From positions 918,499-982,498 of the forward strand of contig OZ244802.1 of the NCBI GenBank assembly GCA_965220135.1: a stretch of 64,000 nt of DNA, read 5' to 3'. Numbering within the stretch: position 1 is the first letter of the stretch; the number at the start of each line of letters is the position of its first letter. Positions 63,792 to 64,000 of this stretch are shown piece after piece. Below the pieces are notes generated by a model, which worked only from the letters and a program-made list of their open reading frames with translations, ran no database searches and was not told the origin of the DNA. The position numbers were made by a program, and so were the translations under genes. The DNA comes from Chloroflexota bacterium. Lineage in GTDB: Bacteria > Chloroflexota > UBA11872.

Positions 63792-64000
63792 GGCCGTTTC
63801 TCCCCGCGTTGCCGGATCTGCAAACCCGTCATCCTTCGGAGTCGAATGAGGCTAGCACTGCCGTCGGCGGCGGTCGATATGGGCAGGCAAAACACAGGTG
63901 GCATTAGCTGCCGGAGATGGACCACTGCGATTGTTCCGAAGGGGTGTCGGGGACGTAGGCGGCGAGTTCGGACTGGTGGGTTTGGATCTTCTCGATGGCG

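Noticed and set aside
63906-64000. Possible minus-strand gene 3' end at the window edge
   Set aside because: Less than 100 nt is visible and no motif can be assessed.

Overview
High-GC (~65-70%) bacterial chromosomal segment with dense coding on both strands. The long six-frame ORFs include many antisense shadow ORFs that are not genes. About 62 protein genes, one tRNA-Pro(GGG) and a large Bacillus-type SRP RNA are supportable. Core landmarks are ffs(SRP RNA)-dnaX-ybaB-recR, secG, hpt, a Mug-family DNA glycosylase, a Zn ABC uptake locus (znuC divergent from znuA-znuB), aqpZ, and a Liv-type (HAAT) ABC transporter. The rest is an accessory/catabolic repertoire: five Gfo/Idh/MocA oxidoreductases, three acid-sugar dehydratases (UxuA-like, RhamD-like, enolase-superfamily), three PhyH-family dioxygenases, tandem membrane desaturase paralogs, a CFA synthase plus acyl-CoA desaturase, and a DUF58/transglutaminase-like pair. 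A secreted LGFP+WD40 propeller protein lies immediately upstream of, and in frame with, a GT2 glycosyltransferase. The most unusual observations follow. (1) Third-codon-position strand bias flips abruptly inside the 216-bp intergenic region 7287-7502. (2) A LarA-family racemase/epimerase homolog sits next to a DUF1537 four-carbon acid-sugar kinase and a PdxA2-type dehydrogenase, suggesting an undescribed epimerase-fed tetronate pathway. (3) An orphan intrinsic terminator and tandem structured repeats at 3753-4208 suggest an unannotated small RNA. (4) A standalone Cas4-like Fe-S PD-(D/E)XK nuclease is present. (5) Several family members carry substituted catalytic residues: a TGase Cys-to-Ser, an alpha/beta hydrolase Ser-to-Ala, and a sulfatase-like protein without CxPxR. 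No CRISPR array, rRNA, transposase or integrase was seen.
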